Positions 58,631-64,000 of a stretch of DNA of 64,000 bases are shown piece by piece (position 1 is the stretch's first letter; every line of letters starts with the position of its first letter). A program made the translations under genes and the position numbers. Below the pieces are notes generated by a model. It did not search any database, was not told where the DNA came from, and saw only the letters and a program-made list of their open reading frames with translations. The stretch spans positions 1 to 64,000 of the forward strand of contig NEEC01000036.1 of NCBI GenBank assembly GCA_002189035.1, given 5' to 3'. This DNA is from Utricularia gibba (Eukaryota; Plantae; Magnoliophyta).

Positions 58631-61600
58631 GAGCCGGACCGAACGCAGCGCCGGACCAAGTGCCCAGTGAGAGTGGCCGACACAAAACGAGAAGTTGTTC
58701 CTTGAAAAACCTTGTAGGAAGCCCTGAAAACCGAACGTTAATAAGTGCATCGCTTTAGTTGCCAGGCTACAACTAACTTTCGGCCCTAACCCAACCTGAC
58801 CTTTGTCCCGTTCTACCCCCCAAGACCGCCTCCTCAAGTATAAAGTAAGTTGTTGAAAAAATCATGTGGGGTGCACGTGACATCTTACTTTAAACAAATG
58901 CATCATTATTTTCGTCGACTCGCACCCGGTTGGGCTCATGAGCCGACCGAACGCAACCAAGTGCCCAGTGAGAGTGGCCGACACAAAACGAGAAGTTGTT
59001 CCTTGAAAAACCTTGTAGGAAGCCCCTGAAAACCGAACGTTAATAAGTGCATCGCTTTAGTTGCCAGGCTACAACTAACTTTCGGCCCTAACCCAACCTG
59101 ACCTTTGTCCCGTTCTAGGTGCCCCCAAGACCGCCTCCTCAAGTATAAAGTAAGTTGTTGAAAAAATCATGTGGGGTGCACGTGACATCTTACTTTAAAC
59201 AAATGCATCATTATTTTCGTCGACTCGCACCCGGTTGGCTCATGAGCCGGACCGAACGCAGCGCCGGACCAAGTGCCCAGTGAGAGTGGCCGACACAAAA
59301 CGAGAAGTTGTTCCTTGAAAAACCTTGTAGGAAGCCCCTGAAAACCGAACGTTAATAAGTGCATCGCTTTAGTTGCCAGGCTACAACTAACTTTCGGCCC
59401 TAACCCAACCTGACCTTTGTCCCGTTCTAGGTGCCCCCAAGACCGCCTCCTCAAGTATAAAGTAAGTTGTTGAAAAAATCATGTGGGGTGCACGTGACAT
59501 CTTACTTTAAAAAATGCATCATTATTTTCGTCGACTCGCACATGAGCCGGACCGAACGCAGCGCCGGACCAAGTGCCCAGTGAGAGTGGCCGACACAAAC
59601 GAGAAGTTGTTCCTTGAAAAACCTTGTAGGAAGCCCCTGAAAACCGAACGTTAAATCGCTTTAGTTGCCAGGCTACAACTAACTTTCGGCCCTAACCCAA
59701 CCTGACCTTGTCCCGTTCTAGGTGCCCCCAAGACCGCCTCCTCAAGTATAAGTAAGTTGTTGAAAAATCATGTGGGGTGCACGTGACATCTTACTTTAAA
59801 CAATGCATCATTATTTTCGTCGACTCGCACCCGGTTGGGCTCATGAGCCGGACCGAACGCAGCGCCGGACCAAGTGCCCAGTGAGAGTGGCCGACACAAA
59901 ACGAGAAGTTGTTCCTTGAAAAACCTTGTAGGAAGCCCGAAAACCGAACGTTAATAAGTGCATCGCTTTAGTTGCCAGGCTACAACTAACTTTCGGCCCT
60001 AACCCAACCTGACCTTTGTCCCGTTCTAGGTGCCCCCAAGACCGCCTCCTCAAGTATAAAGTAAGTTGTTGAAAAAATCATGTGGGTGCACGTGACATCT
60101 TACTTTAAACAAATGCATCATTATTTTCGTCGACTCGCACCCGGTTGGGCTCATGAGCCGGACCGAACGCAGCGCCGGACCAAGTGCCCAGTGAGAGTGG
60201 CCGACACAAAACGAGAAGTTGTTCCTTGAAAACCTTGTAGGAAGCCCCTGAAAACCGAACGTTAAAAGTGCATCGCTTTAGTTGCCAGGCTACAACTAAC
60301 TTTCGGCCCTAACCCAACCTGACCTTTGTCCCTTCTAGGTGCCCCCAAGACCGCCTCCTCAAGTATAAAGTAAGTTGTTGAAAAATCATGTGGGGTGCAC
60401 GTGACATCTTACTTTAACAAATGCATCATTTTTTCGTCGACTCGTTGGCTCATGAGCCGGACGAACGCAGCGCCGGACCAAGTGCCCCACAAAAACGAGA
60501 AGTTGTTCCTTGAAAAACCTTGTAGTGAAAACCGAACGTTAATAAGTGCATCGCTTTAGTTGCCAGGCTACAACTAACTTTCGGCCCTAACCCAACCTGA
60601 CCTTTGTCCCGTTCTAGGTGCCCCCAATCCTCAAGTATAAAGTAAGTTGTTGAAAAAATCATGTGGGGTGCACGTGACATCTTACTTTAAACAAATGCAT
60701 CATTATTTTCGTCGACTCGCACCGGTTGGGCTCATGAGCCGGACCGAACGCAGCGCCGGACCAAGTGCCGTGAGAGTGGCCGACACAAAACGAGAAGTTG
60801 TTCCTTGAAAAACCTTGTAGGAAGCCCTGAAAACCGAACGTTAATAAGTGCATCGCTTTAGTTGCCAACAACTAACTTTCGGCCCTAACCCAACCTGACC
60901 TTTGTCCCGTTCTAGGTGCCCCCCAGACCGCCTCCTCAAGTATAAAGTAAGTTGTTGAAAAAATCATGTGGGTGCACGTGACATCTTACTTTAAACAAAT
61001 GCATCATTATTTTCGTCGACTCGCACCCGTTGGGCTCATGAGCCCGAACGCAGCGCCGGACCAAGTGCCCAGTGAGAGTGGCCGACACAAACGAGAAGTT
61101 GTTCCTTGAAAAACCTTGTAGGAAGCCCCTGAAAACCGAACGTTAATAAGTGCATCGCTTTAGTTGCCAGGCTACAACTAACTTTCGGCCCTAACCCAAC
61201 CTGACCTTTGTCCCGTTCTAGGTGCCCCCATCCTCAAGTATAAAGTAAGTTGTTGAAAAAATCATGTGGGGTGCACGTGACATCTTACTTTAAACAAATG
61301 CATCATTATTTTCGTCGACTCGCAATGAGCCGGACCGAACGCATGCCCCCGACACAAAACGAGAAGTTGTTCCTTGAAAAACCTTGTAGGAAGCCCCTGA
61401 AAACCGAACGTTAATAAGTGCATCGCTTTAGTTGCCAGGCTACAACTAACTTTCGGCCCTAACCCAACCTGACCTTTGTCCCGTTCTAGGTGCCCCCAAC
61501 CGCCTCCTCAAGTATAAAGTAAGTTGTTGAAAAAATCATGTGGGGCACGTGACATCTTACTTTAAACAAATGCATCATTATTTTCGTCGACTCGCACCCG

Positions 61601-64000
61601 GTTGGGCTCATGAGCCGGACCGAACGCAGCGCCGGACCAAGTGCCCAGTGAGAGTGGCCGACACAAAACGAGAAGTTGTTCCTTGAAAAACCTTGTAGGA
61701 AGCCCCTGAAAACCGAACGTTAATAAGTGCATCGCTTTAGTTGCCAGGCTACAACTAACTTTCGGCCCTAACCCAACCTGACCTTTGTCCCGTTCTAGGT
61801 GCCCCCAAGACCGCCTCCTCAAGTATAAGTAAGTTGTTGAAAAATCATGTGGGGTGCACGTGACATCTTACTTTAAACAAATGCATCATTATTTTCGTCG
61901 ACTCGCACCCGGTTGGGCTCATGAGCCGGACCGAACGCAGCGCCGACCAAGTGCCCAGTGAGAGGCCGACACAAAACGAGAAGTTGTTCCTTGAAAACCT
62001 TGTAGGAAGCCCCTGAAAACCGAACGTTAATAAGTGCATCGCTTTAGTTGCCAGGCTACAACTAACTTTCGGCCCTAACCCAACCTGACCTTTGTCCCGT
62101 TCTAGGTGCCCCCAAGACGCCTCCTCAAGTATAAAGTAAGTTGTTGAAAAAATCATGTGGGGTGCACGTGACATCTTACTTTAAACAAATGCATCATTAT
62201 TTTCGTCGACTCGCACCGGTTGGCTCATGAGCCGGACCGAACGCAGCGCCGGACCAGTGCCCAGTGAGAGTGGCCGACACAAAACGAGAAGTTGTTCCTT
62301 GAAAACCTTGTAGGAAGCCCCTGAAAACCGAACGTTAATAAGTGCATCGCTTTAGTTGCCAGGCTACAACTAACTTTCGGCCCTAACCCAACCTGACCTT
62401 TGTCCCGTTCTAGGTGCCCCCAAGACCGCCTCCTCAAGTATAAAGTAAGTTGTTGAAAAAATCATGTGGGGTGCACGTGACATCTTACTTTAAACAAATG
62501 CATCATTATTTTCGTCGACTCGCACCCGGTTGGGCTCATGAGCCGGACCGAACGCAGCGCCGGACCAAGTGCCCAGTGAGAGTGGCCGACACAAAACGAG
62601 AAGTTGTTCCTTGAAAAACCTTGTAGGAAGCCCCTGAAAACCGAACGTTAATAAGTGCATCGCTTTAGTTGCCAGGCTACAACTAACTTTCGGCCCTAAC
62701 CCAACCTGACCTTTGTCCCGTTCTAGGTGCCCCCCAAGACCGCCTCCTCAAGTATAAAGTAAGTTGTTGAAAAAATCATGTGGGGTGCACGTGACATCTT
62801 ACTTTAAACAAATGCATCATTATTTTCGTCGACTCGCACCCGGTTGGGCTCATGAGCCGGACCGAACGCAGCGCCGGACCAAGTTAGAGTGGCCGACACA
62901 AAACGAGAAGTTGTTCCTTAAAACCTTGTAGGAAGCCCCTGAAAACCGAACGTTAATAAGTGCATCGCTTTAGTTGCCAGGCTACAACTACTTTCGGCCC
63001 TAACCCAACCTGACCTTTGTCCCGTTCTAGGTGCCCCCCAAGACCGCCTCCTCAAGTATAAAGTAAGTTGTTGAAAAAATCATGTGGGGTGCACGTGACA
63101 TCTTACTTTAAACAAATGCATCATTATTTTCGTCGACTCGCACCGGTTGGGCTCATGAGCCGGACCGAACGCAGCGCCGGACCAAGTGCCCAGTGAGAGT
63201 GGCCGACACAAAACGAGAAGTTGTTCCTTGAAAAACCTTGTAGGAAGCCCCTGAAAACCGAACGTTAATAAGTGCATCGCTTTAGTTGCCAGGCTACAAC
63301 TAACTTTCGGCCCTAACCCATCGCTTTAGTTGCCAGGCTGACCTTTGTCCCGTTCTAGGTGCCCCCAAGACCGCCTCCTCAAGTATAAAGTAAGTTGTTG
63401 AAAAAATCATGTGGGGTGCACGTGACATCTTACTTTAAACAAATGCATCATTATTTTCGTCGACTCGCACCCGGTTGGGCTCATGAGCCGGACCGAACGC
63501 AGCGCCGGACCAAGTGCCCAGTGAGAGTGGCCGACACAAAACGAGAAGTTGTTCCTTGAAAAACCTTGTAGGAAGCCCCTGAAAACCGAACGTTAATAAG
63601 TGCATCGCTTTAGTTGCCAGGCTACAACTAACTTTCGGCCCTAACCCAACCTGACCTTTGTCCCGTTCTAGGTGCCCCCAAGACCGCCTCCTCAAGTATA
63701 AAGTAAGTTGTTGAAAAAATCATGTGGGTGCACGTGACATCTTACTTTAAACAAATGCATCATTATTTTCGTCGACTCGCACCCGGTTGGGCTCATGAGC
63801 CGGACCGAACGCAGCGCCGGACCAAGTGCCCAGTGAGAGTGGCCGACACAAAACGAGAAGTTGTTCCTTGAAAAACCTTGTAGGAAGCCCCTGAAAACCG
63901 AACGTTAATAAGTGCATCGCTTTAGTTGCCAGGCTACAACTAACTTTCGGCCCTAACCCAACCTGACCTTTGTCCCGTTCTAGGTGCCCCCCAAGACCGC

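Larger units (their letters stand above)
1..64000. repeat. Tandem (satellite-type) array of a 313/314-bp monomer, head-to-tail, single orientation, open at both window ends
   Basis: The same unit recurs from base 1 to 64000. The repeat-derived ORFs recur at exact 313-bp spacing (7101, 7414, 7727, 8040, 8353, 8666, 8979, 9292, 9605) and at 314 bp where the C-run is C6. No inverted copies or foreign inserts were seen. Confidence 0.99.

Noticed and set aside
1-64000. CRISPR array
   Set aside because: There is no alternation of constant repeat and unique spacer. The whole 313 bp is repeated and there are no cas genes.

Overview
The whole 64-kb window is one head-to-tail tandem array of a 313/314-bp unit, about 204 unit lengths and somewhat more copies because many are truncated. 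The unit is about 49.5% GC (counted by hand) and has the same orientation throughout. The array runs off both ends and contains no unique sequence, transposon, RNA gene or credible CDS. The ORF track only reflects the repeat. Clean units show no substitution variants that I can see by eye. The one common difference is a C5/C6 run, plus scattered single-base homopolymer losses and garbled, deletion-biased stretches typical of raw or poorly polished nanopore sequence. The window is therefore either an extremely homogeneous satellite array or a rolling-circle concatemer of a 313-bp circle. The main structural finding is that the 313-bp unit is a diverged dimer of two 154-159-bp subunits (about 60% identity in the best block), the size class of many centromeric satellites. 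Each unit also carries a 16-bp inverted repeat enclosing a CACGTG/GTCACGTG site, a 24-bp dyad, a short hairpin and a telomere-like CCCTAACCC. Several aberrant junctions recur, one of them identically at 55491 and 56156, so not all irregularity is random noise. Motif coordinates refer to the reference unit 7047..7359, and each motif recurs in every intact unit. The source organism cannot be identified from the sequence.
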